A stretch of 63,418 nt of DNA, counting the filler, from Choristocarpus tenellus KU-1152 (taxonomy: Eukaryota; Protista; Phaeophyceae): NCBI GenBank assembly GCA_964200185.2. It is 9 parts of 9 records of this genome, joined end to end, with 100 filler letters (N's around TTAATTAATTAA, not from the genome) between each part and the next. Parts side by side here need not be neighbours in the genome. Positions count along the whole stretch, not along the records: positions 1 to 6,110 come from CAXNAD020008915.1; positions 6,211 to 11,469 come from CAXNAD020011335.1; positions 11,570 to 15,742 come from CAXNAD020015853.1; 6 more parts are not named here. One strand, written 5' to 3'. The notes under the pieces were generated by a model, which did not search any database, was not told where the DNA came from, and was given only the letters and a program-made list of their open reading frames with translations. Below, one piece after another: positions 1 to 11,856 of the stretch. Within the stretch, counting starts at the first letter, position 1, and each line of letters begins with the position of its first letter. The translations under genes and the position numbers were made by a program.

Positions 1-1637
1 AGATGCAGGTGGGGCAGCCCCCCCCCCCATATCCATTACCCCCCCCCCCCCAGCCTGCACAGCAGATATGGCCTTGGCACCACTACCATTTATTTTTCCG
101 TTGCTGTTGGAACCATTTCGGTAGGATGTTCCATCGGAAGATGTAGCAGCCTTTGTGGCTGCAGCAGCCGCCATTGCTGCCTGAGCTTTCGCCTTCACAT
201 CTGCCACAACCTTTGCAAGGTTGGCCACCTGTTGCAGACCGAAGGCATTGGGAGAGGGATGGTGACAGGGAAGGGGCATGGGCACCAATGACCGGGATGA
301 ATGTGAGCAATGTGATCAACAGTTACTCACACAGAGGGGTGGGAGGAAGAGCCATGGGAGAGCAGCGGATACCTTTCTTAGGTATTTTCCAATAGCTACC
401 CCTTATCTTAATCTTTTTTTTATGCTGTGCCAAGACCAGTAGCAGAAACCAACAAATTTATATTCCGCACCTGAATTTAGAAAACGAAAGATTACATTCA
501 CGCCCTCTATCATTAAACAAACTCCACAGTGTGGTGGCACTCAACTATTATTGGGTAAGGAAAATAAAGATACATCATATTAGATATGACACATATATTG
601 TAGAGGTCATCCTCCACTCAATAGCTTTGCCAGCAGGGTTCAGCCAAAATATAATTCAGCACCATGAGTCAAAAAATCGTAGGCCATGTGACAACAGAAT
701 GTACGAAGTTCAGAGAGATAGGAACAAAAAAAAAAAACTTGTCCCTCTTAAAAGATGGAAGCATCAGCAAAATCAGACATCCTCATCCTACTCAAACAAA
801 AGTAGTTTAATCTTTGCGGGGGAAGGGAATGTAGAGGATTTTCTGGTGCTGAGAGACTCGTGGCGTTGATTGTAGATGGAATGCACAGGGGTGGGGAATG
901 TGGAATGTGAAGGGAGAGCCAGCAATGGAAATATCAAGTGGGGAGGATAATTCAATAAACACACTGACATAGCGATACTCTCCAAAGGCATGAGAGGAAA
1001 AGTACCAGGAGTATCCTCACAGTGCTGGTATTGCAAAGGTATAGAGCAGAGAAGAGAGTAAATCACACACTAGGAGATAATTTTATGACCATAGATTTAT
1101 CCCGACCTTTGTCACTCCAGAAATATACCTCAAATCATCTTTCGGAGGCCTGGTAGTGGTGTGTTGCGAAAAAGATGTAAGTTGTGAGGGATTTCGTTAA
1201 GCTTTCAATCGTCACCCCAAACATTATCGTGGTGGAGGGAAATATTGCATTTTTCTTCTATGACTAACAAAATGCTGACCCGAGGAAGGTGAGCGTATTT
1301 GGTCAGTTGTTAAGTGGTGCCAAATGCTCGGTCAGCAGCTAGATGTATTGTTGCATCACACAAAGTACTCACAACAGCTATTTCACGACAGAATGTGACA
1401 AAGATTAGAATGTATTGAAACAAATAATCGGGCAATACAACCTATTGACTATACCCCCGTTATGAAACCCCCAAAACGCTCTCCTCCCACCTCATCAGCA
1501 GCCGTCCCGCTAGACTCATGAGGACTCTTCGATGTTTCGTCAAACCTATTGCGACGCTTCCTTTGGTGCTCCCCAGTGGCCGTAGATGCTCCGTTCAATC
1601 CCTGCCCACCATCACGCTGCCGTTTAACGGACTCCAT
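1..1637 (-). CDS. 5' part of a spliced gene of unknown function (exons 1637-1491 and 228-<1), divergent from RRP17/NOL12
   Basis: ATG at 1637; 49-codon exon MESVKRQRDGG...KRRNRFDE...AADE ending at a GT donor. A CAG acceptor at 231-229 gives the phase-compatible VANLAKVVADVKAKAQAAMAAAAATK...AAPPAS, open to the window edge. Confidence 0.6.
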
Positions 1638-2200
1638 TCCACAGCGACCTTGGGATAACTCCCCCTCCTATTGAACGCACTACCCTCCCTCACGTTTTAT
1701 GTGGAACGTGCTTAATGGTCCAGTTAGAGACAACTATCTCTATCTAAATCAAGAGCCCTCAGCTTTTTTACGATCGTAGATACTACTATTTCCTCCTAGA
1801 TAACTTCTCCTTTCAATTCTTGTTGCATTGCCTCTTCCGCTTGGCCTCCCCGGCGTAGACCTCAACCCAGTTTGTTGATCTAAGCTCCCTCGTCAGCTCC
1901 AATCCATGCGGTGCCTAGTTCTTTTCCCACGATTCCTACTAGACGTTTCACGGATGAGTGAGGTCAGGGAACTGGCGTTGCAGTATCTCCAAGTCGCAAA
2001 CAAGGTCCTCTCTTTAGAGTTTTCAGTGTTTGGTTGTTTAGGTTGGTTTAGGATTTATCTCCCTTCACAGCCCTGGGTCGCCACAGAGCGACCAAGGATT
2101 TCTTATTTGTTGTCTCTGCGATCACCTCCAACTTAACTATTGATTGGAAGTTACAACACCAACATCAACGACACTTGAGTTGTTCATCCCTTGAGCTATC
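1638..2200. promoter_or_regulatory. Putative bidirectional promoter/5'UTR region
   Basis: 563 bp between two divergent ATGs (1637 minus, 2201 plus). No specific motif identified. Confidence 0.4.
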
Positions 2201-3705
2201 ATGGGAAGAAAAAGTGAGAAAGGGGGTGGGAAGAGGCCTAGGATTGAGGTCGTCTTTGATCCGGACGCTAGAAAGTGAGTGTGGGGATATGCTAGGTATT
2301 GCAGCTTAGGACGCGATTTCCTTGATCGAGTTCATCTATGAATTATGCGTTATGTGTGTTGCACGGGAGAAAAAGCAATCAGATTGTTGATTTTCTCTAG
2401 ATGGAATCTTGCAAACCATTCTTTTCCCTACCTGTTGATATTCTCTGGTGACATCTACCTATCTTTAGTGACTACCTCACGGGTTTCCGCAAGCGGAAGC
2501 AGGCGAGGAGGCGCTTCGGTCTGGCCATGCAGCAGATCAAGGACAGGAAAGAACGGCTTGAGGAACGAAAGGAGGTGATAATCACTAGCCAAGGTTTCAA
2601 ATTTCCCATCTAAGCTATGCGTTACCCATCACCAGACCGTGACATGTGATCATATATCTGGTTAATGCTCTCCCTCTTAGCATGATTGCCTGATGAAGTT
2701 ACTCCTGATGTTTGAGACCCATGACACCTACAGAACAACCGACTATCTTCTTCTATGCCGTGGATTTTATTCTTTCGTTTCGCTCATTGAAGAAATCCAG
2801 GGTAGACCTGTTGCTTTGTGGGTGATTGTGTGTCCTTCTGGTCCCTTGCACTTCGTGGTATTGAGGATATCAAAAAACTGTCTCTGTTGGGTTGAATTCA
2901 TCTCACCTGGCACTTGCTTCCGTGTTTCCCTCTGCTTTGATGTGATACCTTACAAAGAGGCGTGATGCGCTCAAGGATAGGAGGGAAGAGCTAGGCGTGG
3001 TCGAGGACCTGTCCGATTTTAATATCAAGGAAAAGGCGAGGATGGAGGCTAAGGTCAAGCCGGATGACTTGGTGCGTGTGGACTTCGATGACGGACATAC
3101 CCAGGTGCGGACGCAGTTGTTAATTTTAGGGGGGCGTGGGGAGGGAGATGAGAAATTCAATGGGGTGTCATTCAGGAATGGGTCGTAATGATCTCCAGAT
3201 CATGATACTATCCCCTCCTCCCTCACACCTCTCTATACCTGCTTGGTTTCGCCAGGCCATGTTTGGGGATGCTGTGATGGTGACCACCACTGTGGGTATC
3301 CCTGATAGCGAGGATGAGGATGAGGATGGGGAGACTGCAAAACTTGAGGAAGAATTAAGAGGGGAAAAACGACGACGTCGGACTGAAGCGTTAAACAGAA
3401 GGGGACGTGGTAGTGGCTCAGGTGAAGAGGATGGGGAAGAAAACAGATGGTCATTGGCTGCTGTCTCGAAAAGGTTGGCAGCAAACATGCCTGCGAAGTC
3501 TAGGAAAGGGGCTGCCCAGAGGGCTACTAATGCAGCTGCATTGGCAGCTGAAAAGGGAAAAAAAGGGAAGAAAGGAGGCAGGAGAGCAAAGGGCTCCAAG
3601 GGTGGATCGGCCACTGCCTTGGTGGACCGAGCAAGGGGTGGGATGCCACGGGCAGAGCTGGGTTCTAGTGGAAGTAAACTGGGAAAGAAAAGGAAACGGA
3701 AGTGA
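2201..3705 (+). CDS. NOL12: Ribosomal RNA-processing protein Rrp17 / nucleolar protein 12 (Nop25 family); exons 2201-2274, 2469-2574, 2958-3104, 3256-3705; 258 aa
   Basis: GT-AG splicing gives MGRKSEKGGGKRPRIEVVFDPDARNDYLTGFRKRKQARRRFG..., the family signature FD..AR..YLTGF.KRK..RR. It is followed by a charged coiled coil and a Lys-rich tail. All phases are consistent (777 nt). Confidence 0.88.
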
Positions 3706-4506
3706 AACATAAGGTGAACAATTGCTTTTCCTCAAGAGATGTTTCTGTATCCAATCTTGGCGTTTCTCTTTCCCATTGCAAGGATGCCTGGGTTTGTCCC
3801 ATCTATGTATTGCCAACTACAAGTTATGTATATACTTCTAGGTTGGCCTGGTTGTCAAAGTGAAGAATAACATTCAAGATATGACTTTGGAAGGCAGGAT
3901 TGGTGTGTCTTAGACAACCACCTGATGACCATTTGTACGAATGGACTGCTACCTCTTGTTGATCATCTTCATGGAGAGAGCTTGGGAGGTTGTACTACTA
4001 TATTGTGATGGCATTGAGACAACAAAATCTAATTGAGCAGTTGTGGTGAAAACAAGATGAGTTCTTTGTTCATCACTCAGGCAACTTTTCTCCTAGGTTC
4101 ATTTTTCAGTTGCACATGCGTAAATAATCCACCCTCAGAGGGTATTGAACCTTTTCAAAGGGAGTGAAATATAGCCAACTCCAAGAGAAATTTTGTCCTC
4201 TATAACCTCCTTCTCCTACAACAGCCTCCTCCACTCAACAAATAACCCAGACCGCAGTCCAAAGAAGAAATATATTGGCAACTGTTGCTTTGAAAATTGT
4301 CACACTGACCCTTTTTGTGAAGGGTGGAGGATCAGGCCATTACTAGTAATACATTTAAAAGTGTGTCTTTTCCCTCATAATACTTAAAATACTCATACTA
4401 TTCCTTTATAAAGTTGGCTGGGAGGTAGCTCCATGCCAATGGTGGCCTTAAATGACTCTGCACCTGTTAAGGTTGCCACAAATCGAACGAGAGTGCCATG
4501 TGATTA

Positions 4507-4586
4507 TTGTTAGTACAATGTGTTGTTAGTACAGTGTGTTGTTAATACAATGTGTTGTTAATACAATGTGTTGTTAATACAATGTG
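4507..4586. repeat. Minisatellite, 16-bp unit TTGTTA(G/A)TACA(A/G)TGTG x5
   Basis: Five direct contiguous copies visible. Confidence 0.9.
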
Positions 4587-6110
4587 CTCCACAGATGGAA
4601 ATCTGTTGAATGATGCCCTTTCTTACATTTAGTAGTTGAAAAACATCATCTTGTGACAAGTAATTCATGGAGGTAGGTGACCCCCAAGCACAATCCAGCT
4701 GGTATGTTTGTGAGGAAGCTTGACTCTACAGCAGTGTACAGTTGAGAAACTTTCACTTAGTGTGGTCTCAGCTGATATCCACCCTGAATAATACATGTTG
4801 ACAAAACAGGTGGGTCATCAACTTTGATTACATCACAGGAATGGCTAGTCAACAAAAAACATACCTACGATGCTCCAAACCACTACACCAATTACCATTA
4901 ATACGATTACTTCAACGCATATAAAAAGAGGTGGAGAGCCCTACACACTATTGTAATCTCTGTTGTGCCATTGACTTGACATTTCGGTGGAGAGAGAGAG
5001 GTGGGGGCAATGAGTTGTTGATGCTAGTGTATAATACTATCTCCATGATATTCTAGTTGTACAATGATGTGTAGAGACCTGTAAAAGTCATGTGGCAGCA
5101 TCATCCATACGCACTCAACTGCATGCATTTAGGTACAATGTCACAAGCAATACTAGTACAGTAATGGTGATACTGTCTCAACACTGTGGACTAATACCTG
5201 CTCTCTGGTGGTGTTTCACAACAATAGTAACAGCAAGGGTTGATATCAGAGGGTTGACTACAACAAAGATCGCAAGCCTATCTATAAGAAGCCAATTTGA
5301 ATACAATATATTTTAACTGTAGTTGTACTTCGCTGTCCCATGACTGTTGGGTGAACATACACAGCTGATCAGAAAAACAGGCTGGTGTGCATCATTGCTT
5401 CTCACATAGCCTGCCTCATGACTCAAACAACTCCAGTTATTCCTGAACTATAGTGTGATGCTTGTGTGCTGCCCGACCTCCTCTACAAACAAACCACGCC
5501 TAGCTGATGAAATTTGTCTGTCAAGTTCATGAGACAAGTATCTAGATGTCTCAAATATCAACACCTGCCTGCAGTTGCCTAGCTTTCAATCTTCCTTCAA
5601 GACATGATCCATCAAAATAGACCAATGATGCCCCCCTCAAAGATTGATTGGACTGGTCAGATGTGGACACTGCACTTACCAATGATGATATATGAAGTAA
5701 ATATATTTTTTTTTAGTGAGAGTCTCCTATCACCATGCAACACCTTCCCGCTGCAAGCAATATCAATTAAACTAACTCCACTACCTCCCACAGTCTCCTG
5801 TGGCTACTGGATGAAGTACAAACGTGCCAAGTTGTGCATCAGTACCTCCAATCTGTCACTGTGTCTTCAGTACTTTTTTTGAGCGACACTTGGCATTGGT
5901 TGTTGCATCCTCTGCCCCTTTGTCCTTATCTCTCTCCTCCAAAACAAACGAGCAAGGAGGGCTTACTTACAACGTATGGGAAAACACAATAAAAAAACGT
6001 CACAAGCAAACAATACAAGAAAATAAATAAATAAAGGTGTTCCCCCCCCCCCCCCCCCCCCCCCTCTCTTCCCTTTCTCTCCCCCCCCTTTTTCTTTTCC
6101 TCTCTTTTAC

Positions 6111-6210
6111 NNNNNNNNNNNNNNNNNNNNNNNNNNNNNNNNNNNNNNNNNNNNTTAATTAATTAANNNNNNNNNNNNNNNNNNNNNNNNNNNNNNNNNN
6201 NNNNNNNNNN
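6111..6210. other. Artificial contig spacer N44-TTAATTAATTAA-N44 (also 11470-11569, 15743-15842, 24108-24207, 27655-27754, 30747-30846, 57094-57193, 60606-60705)
   Basis: Identical 100-bp spacer eight times. TTAATTAATTAA encodes stops in all six frames. Confidence 0.97.
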
Positions 6211-6238
6211 CCGAAACTGACGCACCCTCACAAACCAT

Positions 6239-6263
6239 CCCCCCCCCCCAGATACTTTGACCC
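6239..6263. mobile_element. Isolated MITE terminus (polyC-AGATACTTTGACCC); same end type at 24090-24107 and 60714-60738
   Basis: Shares the CAAAGTATCT core with the complete MITEs; all three lie next to spacers. Confidence 0.7.
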
Positions 6264-6929
6264 AATATCCAGAGCATGACTGTCTAGATAATTCAGAACG
6301 TCTATTCCCATGGAGTCTTAGCATGGAGTAGCGGTAGCAAAGGAGCAATTTCGCTGGGTGCTGAATTGGGGAGACGCACGCTTACGTTGGTGTGGCCGAA
6401 AGATCCATATCCATTTTACCGTGCAGTTCAAACTCCCACAAAAGAGTTTTCTGGGGTTAAGCAATGCGCTCCCAAGTCCCATTCCTTGCCATGCTATTAG
6501 TTTCTTGTTTAACTGTAGAAGGTTGCAACTCAAAGAAGAAAACATATTGGACGCGATGGACGTGTAGCCAGAAGATCTCCAAAAGGAGGTTGTGGATGAG
6601 GGGGTTGCAGGATCTGGCCTTTCTCACTGATCCAGAAGCACTTTTGCTGTCCGTACTCATGGTGACCCTATTCCCTTCAATGGAAGTCAGGTGTTTCTCA
6701 CAGAACTGCTCCAGCACTGTAAATGTTTCCGTGTTATGGCTGGTTGAAAATCGGTCCTACCGTGAAACTCTATGCTGGGGTCAATAACGAAACCTCCCAA
6801 AGAGTCGAATAAAGCATACAGACTGATGCTCCCCTTATTTGGACTACTGTGTGATGTACCCACCAACATGGTGCTCTGCTAAGGTAGTTGCATACTTTCA
6901 CCTACACTTGAGACTCGTGAGACAGCCCA

Positions 6930-7365
6930 TCTTTCACAGCGATAGAGTGGGTGCAGCCCTCTTCTGAAGTCCTTTTTGAAGTGCCTTTTTGTGAAATATG
7001 TGCAAGTATAGTAGGTAATACTTATCCCCTTGCCACACTTGCCACAACATGTATATTTTTCAATGCTTTCGCTCATTGACACTCTTTATCATTGTTACAA
7101 AGTAGTAGTATAACCTGTTACCAATCCGCAACCATCACCAAAACCTTTCTTTCACAGCGATAGAGTGGGTGCAGCCCTCTTCTGAAATCCTTTTTGAAGT
7201 GTCTTTTTTTGAAGTATGTGCAAGTACAGTAGATAGTACTTATCCTCTGCCACACCTGCCACACCTTGTATATTTTTCAATGCTTTCCCTCATTCACATT
7301 CTTTATCATTGTTACAAAAGTAGTAGTATACACTGTTACCACTCCACAACCATCACCAAAAACTT
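6930..7365. repeat. Diverged tandem duplication, ~218-bp unit x2
   Basis: TCTTTCACAGCGATAGAGTGGGTGCAGCCCTCTTCTGAA... starts at 6930 and again at 7148; the copies are collinear to CAACCATCACCAAAA. Confidence 0.9.
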
Positions 7366-9402
7366 TAATGGAATCCAGCGGTAGCTTCCATGCGTTCTTA
7401 AACGTATTTGTATTGTTGGAGAGAGTTGTTTGTCAAGTTGATACTATGCATTCTATTTAGACACATGCCACTGTTCCAGGAAAAGGTTGTATAGGGCAGT
7501 TTCATAAACGTCTTTCTGTACTAGGTGTTTATGATTTTGGGCAGGCATCGTATTTCCTCCTCGGAGACACATTTGGCAAAATCCTCTTGTGTTCTTGGTT
7601 CCTGTATCTCACGTTGCAATAATTTCTTAATGCTTTTGTCTACAACATTCCACGTGCCTATAAAATTTAACACACTCAGACAAAAGTGTATGTTATTACT
7701 TAAATCTCTCGCTTGCAACAATCATAATGGGCTACTATCGACCATCTGTGACCAGGAGGAGTTGCGGCAGGCCTCTCTCATACACAGAGGTGTGTGTGGT
7801 CAACGAGGGAGGGCTTTGACAAAGTAAAGACTTGCGAGCACAGAGCAAATGTGGAATATGTATCGAGCAGAAAGATCTTACACATGCATATCTTCGATGA
7901 ACCAAAGATATGTGAGCAGCAGAAAGAAAAGGTTGAGGAGACCAGTAGAAAAGCATCATACATTTCTGTCATTGAACCCCCTTGCCCCTTACCCCTTGTT
8001 CACTAATATACATATAAATATATATATATGTATACAAATATATCAGTTGGCTCTTCAAAGCGCACAGCTTAATATTAACATCCTACCAGCAAGCACTATT
8101 TACAATGCGATGAACAGGTCATGGGTCATGTAGGAGTGCTGAGATAGCGAGAAATTAGAGAATGTACAGAAAGAAATATCCGTCTTTGTAAATTGCATGT
8201 CTTGTGGCGTAGTTATTATCATTTACATTTAGTCTGGAACTTCTCCACTACCTACACCCTACCGTAGGCCCTTTACCCATGGTCAGATGACAGTGTACAT
8301 CGCACTACTTTTTCTACCCTACAAACTACCCTTTGCACTACAATTAAATGCAGTACCCTCTGCGTGCCTTTTTTTTCTCGCATTTGGATTCAGCCATCCC
8401 ACTAGTCATCACTTCAACTCCTCCCTCGAATCTGGTGTATACTCCCTCCATACGTAATTAATCTTCACCACGGTGTTCTGGATCTTTCCTCGCGCTTTGT
8501 TTTGTTGTTTCAGCCCAAGAGAGTAAAGTTCTTTCCCTATACACATCTCACATGGTTTGTCAAAGTCAAATTTCCTTTGAACTAGCGTTCGAACTCATGT
8601 CTTCGTAATGGAATACGGGCGAATAACCACCTGATCTACGTGGACAAGTATTTGGAAGATCCTAGTCTTATAAATATGCAATGGTGGAACAAGTGCCTAC
8701 TCTCCAAACATCCCAGCAAAAAGACATGTATGTAGTGTTACGGACAATGGTTCTGTTCTATATGGTTGTTAATGATAAAGAGTTATTGTGTACACCTACC
8801 CACAACACCCATCTACCCGTGCTGTCCTGTCTGTCCTTATACCACAAAACTTAGACCTCTTGATCGATGTGGCAACTCCAGGGAGGTCGAGTACAAGAAG
8901 ATTCTCGAGGGAGGAGGTGGAGTGAAGACTAGTAGTCGAGTGCTGAACCAACATGCAAGAAGGAAACCATGAGCAGACAGAGACGTACAATAAATTCTCG
9001 GGGAGAGCACACAAGCAGTGGCGTGATGCTCCCCTGTCTCTGCTTTGTAAAGTATTGATATACCACTGTTTGATAGGCGAGGTTGCATAAGACAAAAAAG
9101 AGGAGGCAGGAGACACAAGGAGCTGCAGAGTAGACCTTAGAGCGTCACAGGGTCGAGTGACACATTTCACGTATGTGTTGTCGGGTTCTTCACCGAGCAA
9201 ATCAATTGAGGCTGGTGTCTAGAGCATGCCCATCACTTTATTGGTTGTATGACTGTGACACAAAGCTAACAATAAATTCCCAATCGCCGTTGACGATCAT
9301 TCACAAGTAAGGAGCCCCCGAAGACAACGTTTAACTACGCGAAGCACACATAGGTGACGAACAAAGTGACTCTGCTTTCATTGAGTTTCATACAACGCAC
9401 AG

Positions 9403-9600
9403 GCACCAAAGTTCTTCTCCTACTCCCGCACAACCAACTTCCCTTCACCAGGAAACCTCTTCACTGGTGCTGTCAAGTTCATGTTTGACATTTCAGCTGG
9501 CGCAGAATTCACGATAAACACCTACCCAAATACAACCACCATCGTAGACAATGTCAATGGTGGCTGCCTCCTGGAAGGGTCTCAGATCGAGTCCTACTAA
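9403..9600 (+). CDS. Possible orphan terminal exon or gene relic (APKFFSYSRTTNFPSPGNLFTGAVKFMF...QIESY*)
   Basis: CAG acceptor, 65 open codons, then TAA. No clean upstream exon found. Confidence 0.3.
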   Translation, partial: APKFFSYSRTTNFPSPGNLFTGAVKFMFDISAGAEFTINTYPNTTTIVDNVNGGCLLEGSQIESY

Positions 9601-10024
9601 TGAGTTGATGTTGGTGTGTACTCTAAAACTTGTAAAAGTAACAAGAAGTAGATTCATCAGTATATCGATGTCTTGTTTTTCTTTCTTGTCTGTATTGGTA
9701 CAGAGGTAACGATTTTGGGGTACACTACAACACAAAAAACTAAGAAAAGGCATTGTGAGGCAAGTCTGTCAAAATCGGTAAGAATCGAGAGAGGGTTCTT
9801 GAATCAATGGTGGATTGGTGGATTTATGTCTAAAATAATGGAAAGTGAGGAAGAATTGTTTTTGTGTAAAAAGGATTAAGAAATCCAACGGGTTTTTTTT
9901 TCATTGGAGGTCGTTTCAACAAGTTACACCCTTAGCGTTGAAGGCTTCTAGGATAGAGGGTCGTTACATGGAATGAACAAAAATGAACGATTATCCGCAA
10001 AATAGAGGATTGACACATCTGCAA

Positions 10025-10228
10025 AATGTGAGAGGGCATAATATTATCCGCAAGATGTCAGAGGGCATAATAACAAAATTATTTGGTTTAATATATTATA
10101 TATTATTATTATGCCCTCTCACATTATTTTGGGGATGCGTCTGGGAAAAATCATCAGAAACTATTCACATGTCACTTTAATAATATATATGATTGTTGTT
10201 ACTATCTATATTATTATGCCCTCTGACT
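10025..10228. repeat. Interleaved inverted repeats (GAGGGCATAATA / TATTATGCCCTCT)
   Basis: AATGTGAGAGGGCATAATA (~10025) pairs with TATTATGCCCTCTCACATT (~10106). GTCAGAGGGCATAATAA (~10057) pairs with TTATTATGCCCTCTGAC (~10211). Confidence 0.75.
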
Positions 10229-10339
10229 TTTTGGAGATGTTTCACAAGGGAAACCAATGAAAACAATTTTGTACACAACTCCTACCTGTACGTTGTAAAT
10301 AATTAAAAATGAAAATTATGTTGAAGGCACTAGGAAGAA

Positions 10340-11003
10340 TCTTTTGACCTTCATAGTTATAACCTGAACACTTCGCCTTGGTAACGAAGTGGAAAATTTT
10401 CTGGATGAGCTAGGTACGGACACGGTAGGGGGGAGAGGGACAGGAAGCTACAACAGAAAAGGGGCGATCAAATCCTGTCTACGCCAGATAGTCCCAGGTG
10501 CAACAACACACACCCATTGTGAAGCGCCTAAGCCAACTATGCAAGGGAATCGGCACCCCTTGGACTACGGAGGACGGCAGCCCCTTCACGGTAGACAGGA
10601 ATCTCCACATGGATCTAGTCTTCCATGCAGGGACACTTGTGGACGCTGGAACAGCCCTCTACCGGGACAAAGGCCTCCCGGTAGACATTACATTTCCAAA
10701 AGTGCAGGCAAGCTCGCATCTTCCACGTTCGGCTCTTTTGATCCTCATAGTTATAATCTCAACATCTTCGCAGTGGAAAATTTTGGGTGCCTCGGCAAGC
10801 AAGCGGAACATTTCCTGGATGAACTAGCTACACACATGGTGGAGGAGAGAGGACCTGAAGGCCATGGCTGGAAAGGGGGGGTAAAATCCTACCTACGTCA
10901 AATAGTCTCGGCAATAAAGCAGGTGGCACTGTCTAGATGTGTCATGCGTTTAGAGCTGGAGTTACCAGGGAGATGGGCAAGGAGGGGTTTGTTGGATTCT
11001 TGA
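10340..11003 (+). mobile_element. Degraded 3' fragment of an RLE-type (CRE/NeSL-like) non-LTR retrotransposon, with internal duplication
   Basis: Frameshifted restriction-like endonuclease motifs: HMDLVF...VDITFP, then FAVENFGCLGKQAEHFLDELA...LRQIVSAIKQVALSR. Segment 10340-10500 repeats ~10735-10925. Confidence 0.7.
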
Positions 11004-11856
11004 GATGCCTCCCTAGCTCCTCATCCTGGGGCGCAGGAATAGGTAGATTGGAGGAACAGGAAGGTAGTGGTACAACATAGATCGTACTGAAATAATAAAT
11101 ATATTAGTGTTTTTCACATTTTTGGGACAAATTTTACTTCTTTAGGGTTTATACTGACATGTGGACAGTTTTCATTGTTTTTTTCCCTGACACATCTGTA
11201 AAGTGTCATGCCGCGTGGAGGGAGGTATGATCACCTAATTGCTCTCTTTGGAGAGGCATTCCTTTGTGACAAGATCATGAACACGAAGACCTTCATGGTG
11301 AGGGATGGAGATAAGACTGAGATGGGGAAGAGGAAGGGGCAGGAGGGCCAGACAGGGGGTTTGGTTTGTAACTCTTTTTTATAGTTTTGTTTTTCCAGCA
11401 TGAGAGGTGTGGAAAGCATGTTTGTCTGTTATTATACCGTTATTGCCGTATGCCATATGCCGTTATACCNNNNNNNNNNNNNNNNNNNNNNNNNNNNNNN
11501 NNNNNNNNNNNNNTTAATTAATTAANNNNNNNNNNNNNNNNNNNNNNNNNNNNNNNNNNNNNNNNNNNNCCCCCCTTTCTCCTCCGTTAGTGCCCCCTTC
11601 GAGTACAAGAACCAGAGGGGGAAAGATGAGGTTGATATGCTGTCGTTAATGTTTATTTGGAGTTCATGCTAGATTGCTTGTGGCGATAAGCATGGCACAC
11701 TCACCAACAGGATACAAATTATTATTTGTGAATTGATGCCCGTGGCCTCCCTCTCAGGGTTGTTCTTCATATTCCTCAACAGAATCTACCCTCCGCCCAT
11801 GGGGGTGGGGGCGTGAAGAGACTTCAAAGGGGAGAAATCAGTGCAAAACACACATC

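Noticed and set aside
4507-4586. CRISPR-like array
   Set aside because: Contiguous 16-bp units with no spacers; eukaryotic context; no cas genes.
5560-5940. Possible minus-strand exons
   Set aside because: Splice-like signals are present but all frames contain stops and no motif was recognised.
6155-6166. TTAATTAATTAA as a biological motif
   Set aside because: Always centred in 100-bp N spacers; an assembly linker.
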